Assembly: GCA_050633245.1 (NCBI GenBank) | Contig: JBOEGD010000030.1 | Span: 96,001 to 160,000 of the forward strand | Source: Calditrichia bacterium | Lineage (GTDB): Bacteria > Calditrichota > Calditrichia > RBG-13-44-9 > J075 | Reading direction: 5' to 3' | Length of the DNA: 64,000 nucleotides | Position numbers and translations under genes: made by a program | Shown: one piece after another, positions 48,373-57,742 of the stretch | Position numbering within the stretch: the stretch's first letter is position 1 | How the letters are laid out: each line of letters begins with the position of its first letter | Notes under the pieces: model-generated | Seen by the model: the letters and a program-made list of their open reading frames with translations, nothing else | What the model was told of the DNA's origin: nothing | Database searches by the model: none

Positions 48373-48843
48373 ATGGAATACACACCACTCAAAGACGAAA
48401 AGCTCCGCAATCTTCGCAAAGCCTTCGGTCAGCTAATTGATAAACGTTTCACACATTTTCACACGCTCGATCTGCTGCATGAAGACAATAATTTTGAGCG
48501 CTGTAATGACCTGCCAATCATCCTGTTCTTTGAGGAAGTCGATCCGGTTTCTATTTCCTGGTCGAAGACAGAAGATCTTGCCGTCGCATTTGGCATTTGC
48601 CTGCCGTTTGGTATCGGCGGACAAACAACCCGCTGGGTAGAAAACGACGTCCCCGAACTGAAACCATTGCTAAAACAAAAGCTTCGCGGTGTTCACCTCG
48701 CCAAAGAAGCGACTGGCGAACTCTGGAATCGTATTGTCTTAACTTTTGACTCGGGCCTTATGGACGTCTTTAATGCCGGTGATGAAAACGGCTATCAATT
48801 TCTCGCAACGAAACCAGATTATCAGTTAAAAAATGTATTATGA
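48373..48843 (+). CDS. Hypothetical protein
   Basis: ORF overlapping the next gene (ATGA). Confidence 0.6.
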   Translation: MEYTPLKDEKLRNLRKAFGQLIDKRFTHFHTLDLLHEDNNFERCNDLPIILFFEEVDPVSISWSKTEDLAVAFGICLPFGIGGQTTRWVENDVPELKPLLKQKLRGVHLAKEATGELWNRIVLTFDSGLMDVFNAGDENGYQFLATKPDYQLKNVL

Positions 48844-49418
48844 TCGCTGCATGGCTCACCCTCATGATTCCGCTGGTTTTTAGTCCCGGTCCAATCAATA
48901 TCATTTCCTCAATTTCCGGCGCGCAGGTCGGTTTCAAAAAGTCAATCCCATTTCTGATAAGCATAAACATCGTCTATTTCGCTTATGGACTGATTACCGG
49001 GCTCGGCGTTGGACAATTGCTGGCTGCTTATCCGGCCTTGATGATGCTGATGCAATATGGCGGCGGCGCATTTATTGCCTGGCAGGGAATTACCTTATGC
49101 CGACGTCAGCGCAGTGCCGGCACAGAGCAAAGCTTCGGGTTTCGCGAAGGGCTTATCCTTCAAGCACTCAATCCAAAAATAATTATCATTCTAATCACCA
49201 TGTATTCTGCATTCCTGGAAATGGATCGACCTCTGGTTCAGCAAGTACTTTTGCTTACCGCCGGTACGATAATTTTAAATATTCTGAATGTAACGATCTA
49301 CACTGTAGCAGGACAATTGCTCGGCAGTCGTCTCAGCTCTCCTAAAATGATGCGGCGACAGGATCAGGTTTTCAGAATTCTGCTAATTATCGTCGGCCTG
49401 TGGATTGCCTTTCGCTAA
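48840..49418 (+). CDS. LysE family translocator
   Basis: SPGP and LNPK motifs, TM helices. Confidence 0.88.
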   Translation: MIAAWLTLMIPLVFSPGPINIISSISGAQVGFKKSIPFLISINIVYFAYGLITGLGVGQLLAAYPALMMLMQYGGGAFIAWQGITLCRRQRSAGTEQSFGFREGLILQALNPKIIIILITMYSAFLEMDRPLVQQVLLLTAGTIILNILNVTIYTVAGQLLGSRLSSPKMMRRQDQVFRILLIIVGLWIAFR

Positions 49419-49499
49419 CCAGATAATCGCAATTGCAGAAGTGCCGACAGTCTGCTATACTTTCTACGCACAAATGCTCACTACGGAAAGCGAAAAAAC

Positions 49500-50378
49500 A
49501 TGACTGCCACTCCGCGCGGCTCTACTACAATTCTGCTTACGACGTTTGCACTTATTGCTTTTGCAGCCAACTCGGTTCTTTGCCGGTTGGCACTCGGGCA
49601 ACAGGCAATCGACGCATCTGCTTTTACCGCGATACGGATTTGCTCGGGGGCATTGTTGCTGTTAACAATTTTTTATTTGAGATACCAAAAAGAAGGCAAG
49701 GCATCCGATGCGCATGGCAGTTGGTTGTCTGCCGGAATGCTCTTTATGTACGCCGCCCCCTTCTCCTTTGCATATCTAACCCTCGATACCGGAACCGGAG
49801 CGCTTATTCTTTTTGGAGCTGTGCAGATCACAATGATTTTGGCTGCCCTTTTACAAGGGAACAAACTTCACTTGTTGGAATGGGCAGGCTTGATTATCGC
49901 ATTTGGCGGTTTTGTCTATTTGGTGCTACCGGGCGTGTCTGCTCCACCGCTTGAAGGGTTCTTACTAATGAGCCTGGCCGGAGTTGGATGGGGATTGTAT
50001 ACGCTTCGCGGAAAAGGCTCTGCAAATCCATTAGGCGATACCGCCTTTAATTTCGCACGTGCCGTTCCGCTAGCACTGATTTTACTTGTGTTCATGATAA
50101 AACAGATTCAACTTTCATCAACGGGGGTTCTTTTGGCTGTCGCTTCCGGCGCTATCGCTTCCGGACTGGGTTATACCATCTGGTATATGGCACTACGTGG
50201 GTTGTCCACCAGTCAAGCAGCCGTCGTTCAACTATCCGTTCCAATTATTGCCGCATTCGGTGGAGTTCTTTTTGTTGCCGAATCCTTAACCATGCGTCTG
50301 ACAATTGCAGCCCTCTTGATTCTTGGTGGTATTGGCCTTGTTGTCCTAGGTAGAAACAAAACTAATAAAGTGAGGTAG
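49500..50378 (+). CDS. DMT/EamA family transporter
   Basis: AFAANSVLCRLAL; about 10 TM helices. Confidence 0.88.
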   Translation: MTATPRGSTTILLTTFALIAFAANSVLCRLALGQQAIDASAFTAIRICSGALLLLTIFYLRYQKEGKASDAHGSWLSAGMLFMYAAPFSFAYLTLDTGTGALILFGAVQITMILAALLQGNKLHLLEWAGLIIAFGGFVYLVLPGVSAPPLEGFLLMSLAGVGWGLYTLRGKGSANPLGDTAFNFARAVPLALILLVFMIKQIQLSSTGVLLAVASGAIASGLGYTIWYMALRGLSTSQAAVVQLSVPIIAAFGGVLFVAESLTMRLTIAALLILGGIGLVVLGRNKTNKVR

Positions 50379-50380
50379 TC

Positions 50381-51019
50381 ATGTTTTTTCTTCCAACAGA
50401 AAGTTTACTGCTGTTTATTGCGGCATCAATCGCCTTATTGGTAACTCCGGGACCGGCTGTATTATACATCGTGACGCAGAGTATTTCCCAAGGCACGAAG
50501 GCCGGCATCTTTTCTTCGCTTGGTTTGGGTATGGGAGGAATCGTTCACGTTTTTGCCGCGGCATTTGGGCTAAGCGCAATTCTCGCTGCCTCCGCAACGG
50601 CGTTTACAGTTGTGAAGTTGCTGGGCGCTGCTTATTTGATCTTTTTAGGTATCCAGAAATTCAGAGAAGTAGGAAAGGAAGCAAAGCCGGGTTTCGATCA
50701 TCAGCCGAGCTCGATGCGTAAAATTTTTATGCGCGGAGTCTGGGTGAATGTGCTAAACCCAAAAGCAGCGCTGTTCTTTCTGGCATTTTGCCCGCAGTTT
50801 ATCGACCCAGTTGTTGGTAATCCGGAAATACAGATGTTGTTTCTTGGCGGTCTATTTCTCGCCATTGCCTTAATAACAGATATATCCTTTGCTGTATTTT
50901 CCGGAAAAGTTCGCAGGCTTTTTATTAAAGGCTCAAAATATTCTCGCAACTTAAACTACGCAGCAGGAAGTATTTATATTTTGATGGGTATTGCAGCCGC
51001 TTTCGGTTCAAAAGACTAG
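50381..51019 (+). CDS. LysE/RhtB family translocator
   Basis: TPGP, GAAYLIFLG and LNPKAALFF motifs. Confidence 0.9.
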   Translation: MFFLPTESLLLFIAASIALLVTPGPAVLYIVTQSISQGTKAGIFSSLGLGMGGIVHVFAAAFGLSAILAASATAFTVVKLLGAAYLIFLGIQKFREVGKEAKPGFDHQPSSMRKIFMRGVWVNVLNPKAALFFLAFCPQFIDPVVGNPEIQMLFLGGLFLAIALITDISFAVFSGKVRRLFIKGSKYSRNLNYAAGSIYILMGIAAAFGSKD

Positions 51020-51192
51020 AGACAAATTTAGTATCTTAAAACCCCCTGTTATTTGAACTGTATTTTCAGCAGAAGAGTATTTTGGGATAATAGCTTAATG
51101 AGATCATTTGATTAAGATCTCTCACTATTTCCCGCGCATTAGGAATTCCTAATTGAAACCTTGTTGTACCTGTGCTATTGGAGAGACACGCT

Positions 51193-52515
51193 ATGTCAAA
51201 AGTCAAAACGTCGCTGGGTATGCGACTGGCCATTATCGGCTTTCTTACCTTTGTACTTCTTATTCCATCCTTTATGGTGATGGGACTAATTTCCGATCGA
51301 CAATCAACCCGATCTCAGGCGATTAGTGAAGTCAGCAGCAAATGGGGACAGAGTCAGCAGATTACCGGTCCGCTGATCAGTATTCCTTATAAAGAGTATT
51401 TGAAAGATCAGAATGATAAAGTCGTCACCGTAATTAAGTACGCTCACTTTTTGCCGGATGAACTCTCAGTAGACAGTGAAGTGGAGCCGGAAGTTCGCTA
51501 TCGCGGTATCTATGAAGTGGTACTTTATCATTCAAGCATCAAGGTGAACGCCGCGTTTAGCTTTCCCGATTTCGAATCGTTGAATATCCCGGAAGATGAC
51601 CTGCTACTGGAGGACGCATTTATTTCACTCGGCATTAGCGACATGAGTGGAATTAACGACCTGATTTATTTTAATTGGAACAGCTCCAAACTTGAAGCAA
51701 GTCCCGGTATTAAAACGAATGACGTGCTTGGCTCGGGAATCAGCTCGCCAATTCCACTTAGTAAAAATGAAAACAGCTATCGCTTTGCCGCGACAATTGA
51801 TTTAAATGGAAGTGAAACGCTTTCGTTTAGTCCCATTGGTAAAGAAACCAAGGCGAAGGTTTCTGCCAATTGGGGGGATCCCAGTTTTACCGGCAACTTT
51901 TTACCCGACAGCCGCGAGATTAACGAAGCAGAAGGAACGTTTTCTGCCGAATGGAAGATTCTGCATCTTAATCGCAACTTTCCACAGCGTTGGGTTGGAA
52001 GCGGGTATAATATTAATTATACCAACTTTGGCGTGAATTTCTTTCAACCGGTCGACCAATATCAACAAACCATGCGCACAGCCAAATATGCCATTATGTT
52101 TATTGCCATGACCTTCCTGGCATTTTTCCTAATCGAGCTGCTGAACAAGAAGGTGCTGCACCCCATTCAGTACTTGCTGATTGGCTTTGCACTTCTGGTT
52201 TTCTACACGCTACTTCTTTCTTTTTCCGAACACATGACCTTTCAAAATGCCTACTGGCTATCCAGCCTTGGGATCATCGGTCTAATTACTGCGTATACAA
52301 GAAGCGTGCTAGGCGATAAACTGCAGACAATCGTTATCGCTGGTGTTCTTTTATTACTTTACGGATATCTTTACATTGTGCTGCAGCTTGAAGATTTTGC
52401 GCTGCTGATGGGTAGCTTAATGTTGTTTATCGTGCTGTCAGTTGTTATGTATTTAACACGAAAGATTGACTGGTTTAATATTATGAAGGCCGATACCGGA
52501 CAGTTTAAGAAGTAA
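51193..52515 (+). CDS. creD: Inner membrane protein CreD
   Basis: RGIYEV, PSFTGNFLP, HPIQYLLIG and MYLTRKIDW motifs. Confidence 0.92.
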   Translation: MSKVKTSLGMRLAIIGFLTFVLLIPSFMVMGLISDRQSTRSQAISEVSSKWGQSQQITGPLISIPYKEYLKDQNDKVVTVIKYAHFLPDELSVDSEVEPEVRYRGIYEVVLYHSSIKVNAAFSFPDFESLNIPEDDLLLEDAFISLGISDMSGINDLIYFNWNSSKLEASPGIKTNDVLGSGISSPIPLSKNENSYRFAATIDLNGSETLSFSPIGKETKAKVSANWGDPSFTGNFLPDSREINEAEGTFSAEWKILHLNRNFPQRWVGSGYNINYTNFGVNFFQPVDQYQQTMRTAKYAIMFIAMTFLAFFLIELLNKKVLHPIQYLLIGFALLVFYTLLLSFSEHMTFQNAYWLSSLGIIGLITAYTRSVLGDKLQTIVIAGVLLLLYGYLYIVLQLEDFALLMGSLMLFIVLSVVMYLTRKIDWFNIMKADTGQFKK

Positions 52516-52555
52516 TCTGTTGACCTATGGTCTTTAAGCGGGCCTTGTGAAACAG

Positions 52556-52590
52556 GATAGCCCGGGCATTTGCTCGGGCTATCGCTTTTT
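52556..52590 (+). terminator. Intrinsic terminator after creD
   Basis: GATAGCCCGGGC-ATTT-GCTCGGGCTATC followed by a T tract. Confidence 0.8.
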
Positions 52591-52629
52591 ACTGGATTTT
52601 CAACAGCGGTATAGCTATTGTTAAAAAGT

Positions 52630-53090
52630 ATGAAGAAATTCCTTAAACGAATATTTCAGATCTTGCTGGTATTTCTGAGCATAAATATTATGACATGGTA
52701 TGCGTGGAGACAAGATAGATTTTTCAAGAAAGTTTCTGAGGAGGTTATCGCAACCTTCATTGCATCTGATCTTCCACTGGCAGAAAATACGTTTGCTATA
52801 GCACCGCGAGTTGGCCCCGTGGGCAAGGCTGAGTTTTCTAGTTTCAAACTTTATCGAAAGCAACTCCGTTTCGGATAATAAACCTTAATAGCACTACAGA
52901 ATATCGCGAACACTTTTTACAGGGCTTTAAAGAAGAAGATGGGGACTGGAATTATTACGGAGCAGACATTTACCTGGAATATGACCTTCCGTTATTTGCA
53001 TTTGGAAACGTGGCAATAATGAATAATTGCGGAATAGAAACACGTTTTATATATGTGTGGTGTATTTCTAACTGGATAAGAATTCATTGA
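52630..53090 (+). pseudogene. Frameshifted hypothetical gene
   Basis: ORF stops at 52878; an overlapping open frame without its own start continues to TGA 53090. Confidence 0.5.
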
Positions 53091-53947
53091 GTGAAATGTT
53101 ATCACAAAAAAGCTTAATTTCCCGCCGCGAGTTTCTCAAACGCTCATCGGCCGCAGCAATGTTGTTGGCACTGCACGATACCTCTCTATTTGCTGAAACC
53201 CTACAGCAAGAATCAGAGAGCAAGCCAAACCACCTTATTCGCAGCATGGAACTGCAGACGGTAGCCCCACTTTCAGATCTAAGAACGTTTTACTCCAACA
53301 AACTAGGTTTTTCTATATTAGATGAATCTGACAAGCACCTTACCCTTGCCGGCGGCAAAACCACGATTACCTTTCTGAAAGTCGACACAATCGACTCCTT
53401 TCCCTGGTATCACTTTGCTTTCAATATTCCGCAGAACCAGATTCTTTCCGCACGTGAGTGGCATCTGAAGCGCGGGCCGCTTATTGAAACGCCACCGCAC
53501 CAGCGCGATCCCGATTACCCTAACGATGTCCGCCATTTTCGCCATTGGAACGCGCATTCATTGTTCTTTTGGGATCCTGCGGGCAATCTCGTTGAATACA
53601 TCGCTCGACATGAGCTGGACAATGATTCTGAGAGTGACTTTTCAGTTGGGGATATTCATTACGCCAGTGAGATTGGTTTTATCGTTGAAGATCAGCAGGA
53701 AGCAGCAAGACAGCTGAATAAAGCATTTGGTTTGAGCGCTTATCCAAAAGAAACAAATTTCTGGTGGGCAATGGGAGACGCAGATGGATTACTGCTCTGC
53801 TTGCCGAAAGGGCGTGAATGGGGAGAGTTTGAAGGCAGGACACAAAAATTCTCCGAGTATCCAACCAACGTAACCATCAACGGTTCTACTGAACAAGAGT
53901 TTGCATTTGCAGGTCTTCCGTATAGTGTGAAGGTAGAAAAGGCATGA
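53087..53947 (+). CDS. Tat-exported VOC family protein
   Basis: SRREFLK twin-arginine signal, YHFAFNIP and FWDPAGNLVEYIAR motifs. Confidence 0.8.
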   Translation: MSEMLSQKSLISRREFLKRSSAAAMLLALHDTSLFAETLQQESESKPNHLIRSMELQTVAPLSDLRTFYSNKLGFSILDESDKHLTLAGGKTTITFLKVDTIDSFPWYHFAFNIPQNQILSAREWHLKRGPLIETPPHQRDPDYPNDVRHFRHWNAHSLFFWDPAGNLVEYIARHELDNDSESDFSVGDIHYASEIGFIVEDQQEAARQLNKAFGLSAYPKETNFWWAMGDADGLLLCLPKGREWGEFEGRTQKFSEYPTNVTINGSTEQEFAFAGLPYSVKVEKA

Positions 53948-54549
53948 ATGCCAACAGTCATCTTCACATCTTAATGAACGTGCACAAAATAGGCTTGCCC
54001 ATAACTGGAACGGTTAGCAGAATTATTGAACAACCACACTCAAAGTCACACAATTCACATTTACCGGAATGGGCGAAGCTTCCTGAATTAAAAATTGATG
54101 TCGATTCACCGTTTCATGCGAAACTTCCTGCACATCGCCTCGCCAATACGCCAGAGCAAGCTGGCTCGGTAATTTTACCGAAGGTAGGGGAGAGCATAAT
54201 TACCATCGTTGAAAATTTTGTTAACGATACCCTCATTTTAAGCGCACGGCCAAACGAGCTATCGAAGGAAAGCATCGCCTCCTGGAAACATTATCACGAT
54301 TTCATAAATTATCTGGAGCTCGGTCAGGAAATTGAAGGTACCGTTCTGCGCAGTGAACCATTTGGTTTGTTCATTAATATCAACGGGCCGGGAATGGGAA
54401 TTATTGATGTTGCCCTTATGAAAAACCTGCCCGGAACTCCTTTGCCGGCAAACCCGCAGGGCTGGCCGCAATCGGGTGACAAAATCACCGTCTGCGTAAA
54501 CGGTTTTCGCTTGGGCAACAAACAGGTTGAGGTTGGCTGGGTTAGTTAA
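53944..54549 (+). CDS. Hypothetical protein with S1/OB-like domain
   Basis: GQEIEGTVLRSEPFGLFINI. Confidence 0.55.
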   Translation: MNANSHLHILMNVHKIGLPITGTVSRIIEQPHSKSHNSHLPEWAKLPELKIDVDSPFHAKLPAHRLANTPEQAGSVILPKVGESIITIVENFVNDTLILSARPNELSKESIASWKHYHDFINYLELGQEIEGTVLRSEPFGLFININGPGMGIIDVALMKNLPGTPLPANPQGWPQSGDKITVCVNGFRLGNKQVEVGWVS

Positions 54550-54840
54550 TTGATGAATTATGATTGATGAATTATGATTGATGAATTATGAATCGACACA
54601 TGTTGCCGTCTGTTGTTTTACGTCCTTTTCCTGCCGTCTGTTATTTCCCGTCTGTTAATTGCACACTTTTCCTACGACGCGAGCATCGCGTCTCTACCAA
54701 ACCCGGGAAACCGTAAACTTGCGTCTTGCGTCTTGCGTCTTGCGTCTTGCGTCTTCCCGATCACCGATCACCGTTCACCGCTCTACAGATCACCTATCAC
54801 CTATTACTGTTGCCCGATCTGTCTTCCGTCTTGCGTTTCT
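54550..54840. repeat. Composite repeat region (14-mer, several 7-mers, REP-like hairpin)
   Basis: (TGATGAATTATGAT)x3, CCGTCTG units, GACGCGAGCATCGCGTCTCTAC, (TTGCGTC)x5 and (CCGATCA)-like x5. Confidence 0.9.
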
Positions 54841-54894
54841 GATTCCCGCGTCGTATTTTCGACTGAATTTTGATTGATGGAGAATTTTTGAAAT

Positions 54895-55458
54895 ATGGAC
54901 GTTTATTTAATTCGACACACCACACCTGCTGTTCCACGTGGAACTTGCTATGGCCACTCTGATGTAGAGCTGGCGCGATCGTTCCCGCAGGAACTCACCT
55001 CTATTAAACGGCGACTGGAAATTACTCGCGATTTTACGATTTATTCCAGTCCACTTTCTCGCTGCGCGCGCTTAGCTCAGTTGCTGGCGAAAACTGGTTT
55101 GCAATACGATGATCGTCTGATGGAAATGAACTTTGGCGATTGGGAAATGCAGCAGTGGGACGATTTGGACTCCAAAGAGTTTGCCGCCTGGTCTGCAGAC
55201 TTCTTTAATATCCCGGCTCCAAAAGGCGAATCGTATAAAGATCTTTATGAACGCAGCACCGAGTTTCTGAATGAGCTTCGTGATAAGAAGGATTCGCCGG
55301 TGGCAATTGTTACCCATAGTGGCGTTATTCGCTCGATGATTTGCTATGTTTTGGGCATGCCAAAAGAGAATCTATACAACTTCGACATCATCTACGCCGG
55401 TATCTGCAAACTGTGTTATGAAGACAATCGCTGGCGCATGGTCTACTGCAATTTGTAA
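54895..55458 (+). CDS. cobC: Alpha-ribazole phosphatase-like histidine phosphatase
   Basis: LIRHT, CYGHSDV, SSPLSRC, EMNFGDWE and VTHSGVIR motifs. Confidence 0.8.
   Translation: MDVYLIRHTTPAVPRGTCYGHSDVELARSFPQELTSIKRRLEITRDFTIYSSPLSRCARLAQLLAKTGLQYDDRLMEMNFGDWEMQQWDDLDSKEFAAWSADFFNIPAPKGESYKDLYERSTEFLNELRDKKDSPVAIVTHSGVIRSMICYVLGMPKENLYNFDIIYAGICKLCYEDNRWRMVYCNL
54930..54945. promoter_or_regulatory. parS-like palindrome
   Basis: TGTTCCACGTGGAACT, with a perfect 14-bp core palindrome matching the known parS variant TGTTCCACGTGGAACA at 15/16 positions. Confidence 0.55.
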
Positions 55459-55589
55459 CCCCTCCGAAAAAGTTTAAAAATAGTTAGGTTTTAGCTTTCT
55501 ATTAACGATATTGTCGGCCAATAAATGACTCCGCGACGGATTGATTTCCATCGCGGTTTTATTTTTACCTTTTAATTGGAGACTGAGCC

Positions 55590-56177
55590 ATGACAGTACT
55601 ATCTGCATCCTTGCTGTTAATTCTGGTGATGGATCCGATCGGAAATATTCCTTTCTTCCTCACCACCCTCAAGAACGTTGAACAAAAACGTCAACGCTTC
55701 ATTATTATTCGTGAACACCTTATCGCACTTACGGTATTAGTACTGTTTCTGTTTTTCGGACAGTATATTCTGCAGGTTCTTCAGATTTCTGAACCAGCCC
55801 TTACCGTGGCCGGCGGAATCATTCTTTTCCTGATTGCTCTTCGCATGATTTTTCCGGGATTTAAGAATGGAGATGAAAGTCAAATGGAAGGCGAGCCGTT
55901 TATCGTGCCGTTGGCGATTCCACTTATTGCCGGTCCATCGGCAATGGCATCGGTCATGCTCATTATGAGTCATGATACCGGTCGGTGGGATGAATGGTTA
56001 CTTGCTCTCACTATCGCCTGGTTCACTTCGGGAACAATTCTGTTTCTCGCCAGCTCACTGCGCCGTATTTTGGGAAGCCGTGGACTTGTTGCTATCGAAC
56101 GCCTGATGGGAATGGTTTTGATAACAATTGCTACTCAGATGGTATTGAGCGGTATTCGTAAGTTTATGTTGGAGTAG
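55590..56177 (+). CDS. MarC family membrane protein
   Basis: DPIGN, PLAIPLIAGPS and ERLMG motifs. Confidence 0.92.
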   Translation: MTVLSASLLLILVMDPIGNIPFFLTTLKNVEQKRQRFIIIREHLIALTVLVLFLFFGQYILQVLQISEPALTVAGGIILFLIALRMIFPGFKNGDESQMEGEPFIVPLAIPLIAGPSAMASVMLIMSHDTGRWDEWLLALTIAWFTSGTILFLASSLRRILGSRGLVAIERLMGMVLITIATQMVLSGIRKFMLE

Positions 56178-56366
56178 AAGCCGCATCAAAGAATCTACCT
56201 TTCTTACAACCAACCCGCGATTTACGTCGCGGGTTGTGCTATACACACCACACACGATTACCATATTGACATAGAAACGCGGGATTTCCATTGCACCCTC
56301 TTTTGACAAAACATATATTCTGAATAAAGGCAATTGAGGATTTGGGAATGTTATACTTCATTTCGA

Positions 56367-56906
56367 ATGAAAAAGCGAACCAAAATAAATCTGATCTTAA
56401 TTTCATGTTTAGCGATTTTCATAATCTTCTCATTTGAGTTTCTATGTAAACTAGGAATCAAATGCGAAAAATGTAATAAGACTTCCAGCTCAAAAACTGA
56501 ATCAAAAGAGAGCGGCTTTTACATCGCAGACTATGAACCATTATCTAGAACCTTGAAATTATCACATCATGATGAGACTATCGAGTTCTTAGACATTTGG
56601 GCAGAGAATAAATGGTTTATCAACTCTGAGATTTGCCTTTTTAGCCATAAAGAGAAAAGAGATGGATACAATGTAATCTTCGAGTTTCAGAAGTCGAATG
56701 AAAATACATTTTTGTTTTCACTGTCACCTCTTATAAACGGAAAACTTGACAAAACTAATGGTGGAATACAGGAGGACAAGAAAAAAATAAGACTATCAAT
56801 TCTACCAGATACGCTTTGGTTGCAAGTTCACGAAAAGAATCCCCTAAAAGAGATAGGTTGGAGGAATGGAATTGAAGGGCAAAAAGTTGGATTTGTAAAA
56901 AAATGA
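56367..56906 (+). CDS. Hypothetical protein with N-terminal membrane anchor
   Basis: AT-rich ORF, one TM segment and CxxC. Confidence 0.55.
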   Translation: MKKRTKINLILISCLAIFIIFSFEFLCKLGIKCEKCNKTSSSKTESKESGFYIADYEPLSRTLKLSHHDETIEFLDIWAENKWFINSEICLFSHKEKRDGYNVIFEFQKSNENTFLFSLSPLINGKLDKTNGGIQEDKKKIRLSILPDTLWLQVHEKNPLKEIGWRNGIEGQKVGFVKK

Positions 56907-56957
56907 AAACTCGCAAACCTAATTCTCTTCCAACTTTCCACATTGCAAGCCCCAACT

Positions 56958-57704
56958 ATGACATACGATGATTTCAACTGGCATTACGGTGACGACTTCC
57001 CTGAAGACTCACCAAGCGGATTTGCAGCTACTCATATTGCGCTTTTTCTGAAGTGGTGTATAATAAAAGGATTCGCAAGTGATATTCATAAAAATGAATA
57101 TCCCAAAGACATTGAAGAACTACTAAACGGGACAATGCGCGCTACAGTGTATTTTCTTAAAAACTGTGATGGAAAACTTACGAATGAAGACTTGAACGAT
57201 GAGGGGAATGCTTTTGCTCAACGGTATTATGGCGAGGAAGGACTGTATTTATCAGATTATGTAGAGAACTTTGGTGATTTATTTTATTTGGCACCCGAAA
57301 GGGAACACGACTTCGAAAAGTTCTCTTCTATGTTGGAAGGAAGGGTTCGAAGCGGCATCCTTACTGAATCTGAAATCAGATATGATCTTTTAAGCAGAAT
57401 CAGCTATTTCCTATACGTATTTCTTTTCGGGTCACTCATAATTTGCATTATTGTTTTTGCCGGGATGAAGGGCTATAATTTTTGGCTTTCAACTATACTG
57501 GGTGGAATCGCTCAAACTGTCTTTCGCTTAAGTAAACGAATGTTAAAAAGGGCCAACATAACATCAACTGAAAAGTCAAGCAAAGCAGAAGAACAAATAG
57601 TCTCCTGGTCAGCTCTAAATGTCTTTGTGTTTATTTTTTTATTTATGATGATTGTTTCGGCGTTCTGGTACGGCATCGGAGTGTTGTTAAATCGTATTAT
57701 CTAA
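56958..57704 (+). CDS. Hypothetical protein: acidic soluble N-terminal domain + 3 TM helices
   Basis: YDDFNWH...THIALFLKW...DGKL...EGNAF N-terminal domain; hydrophobic C-terminus. Confidence 0.6.
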   Translation: MTYDDFNWHYGDDFPEDSPSGFAATHIALFLKWCIIKGFASDIHKNEYPKDIEELLNGTMRATVYFLKNCDGKLTNEDLNDEGNAFAQRYYGEEGLYLSDYVENFGDLFYLAPEREHDFEKFSSMLEGRVRSGILTESEIRYDLLSRISYFLYVFLFGSLIICIIVFAGMKGYNFWLSTILGGIAQTVFRLSKRMLKRANITSTEKSSKAEEQIVSWSALNVFVFIFLFMMIVSAFWYGIGVLLNRII

Positions 57705-57742
57705 CTACATTAATACAAAAAATTCTTCTCAGAACAAGGTTG

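Noticed and set aside
54613-54877. ORFs with LASCVLR repeats
   Set aside because: Artefacts of translating heptamer repeats.
19717-57704. Integron cassette array
   Set aside because: No intI and no recurring RYYYAAC...GTTRRRY attC hairpins found by eye. Several genes have their own promoters and operators.
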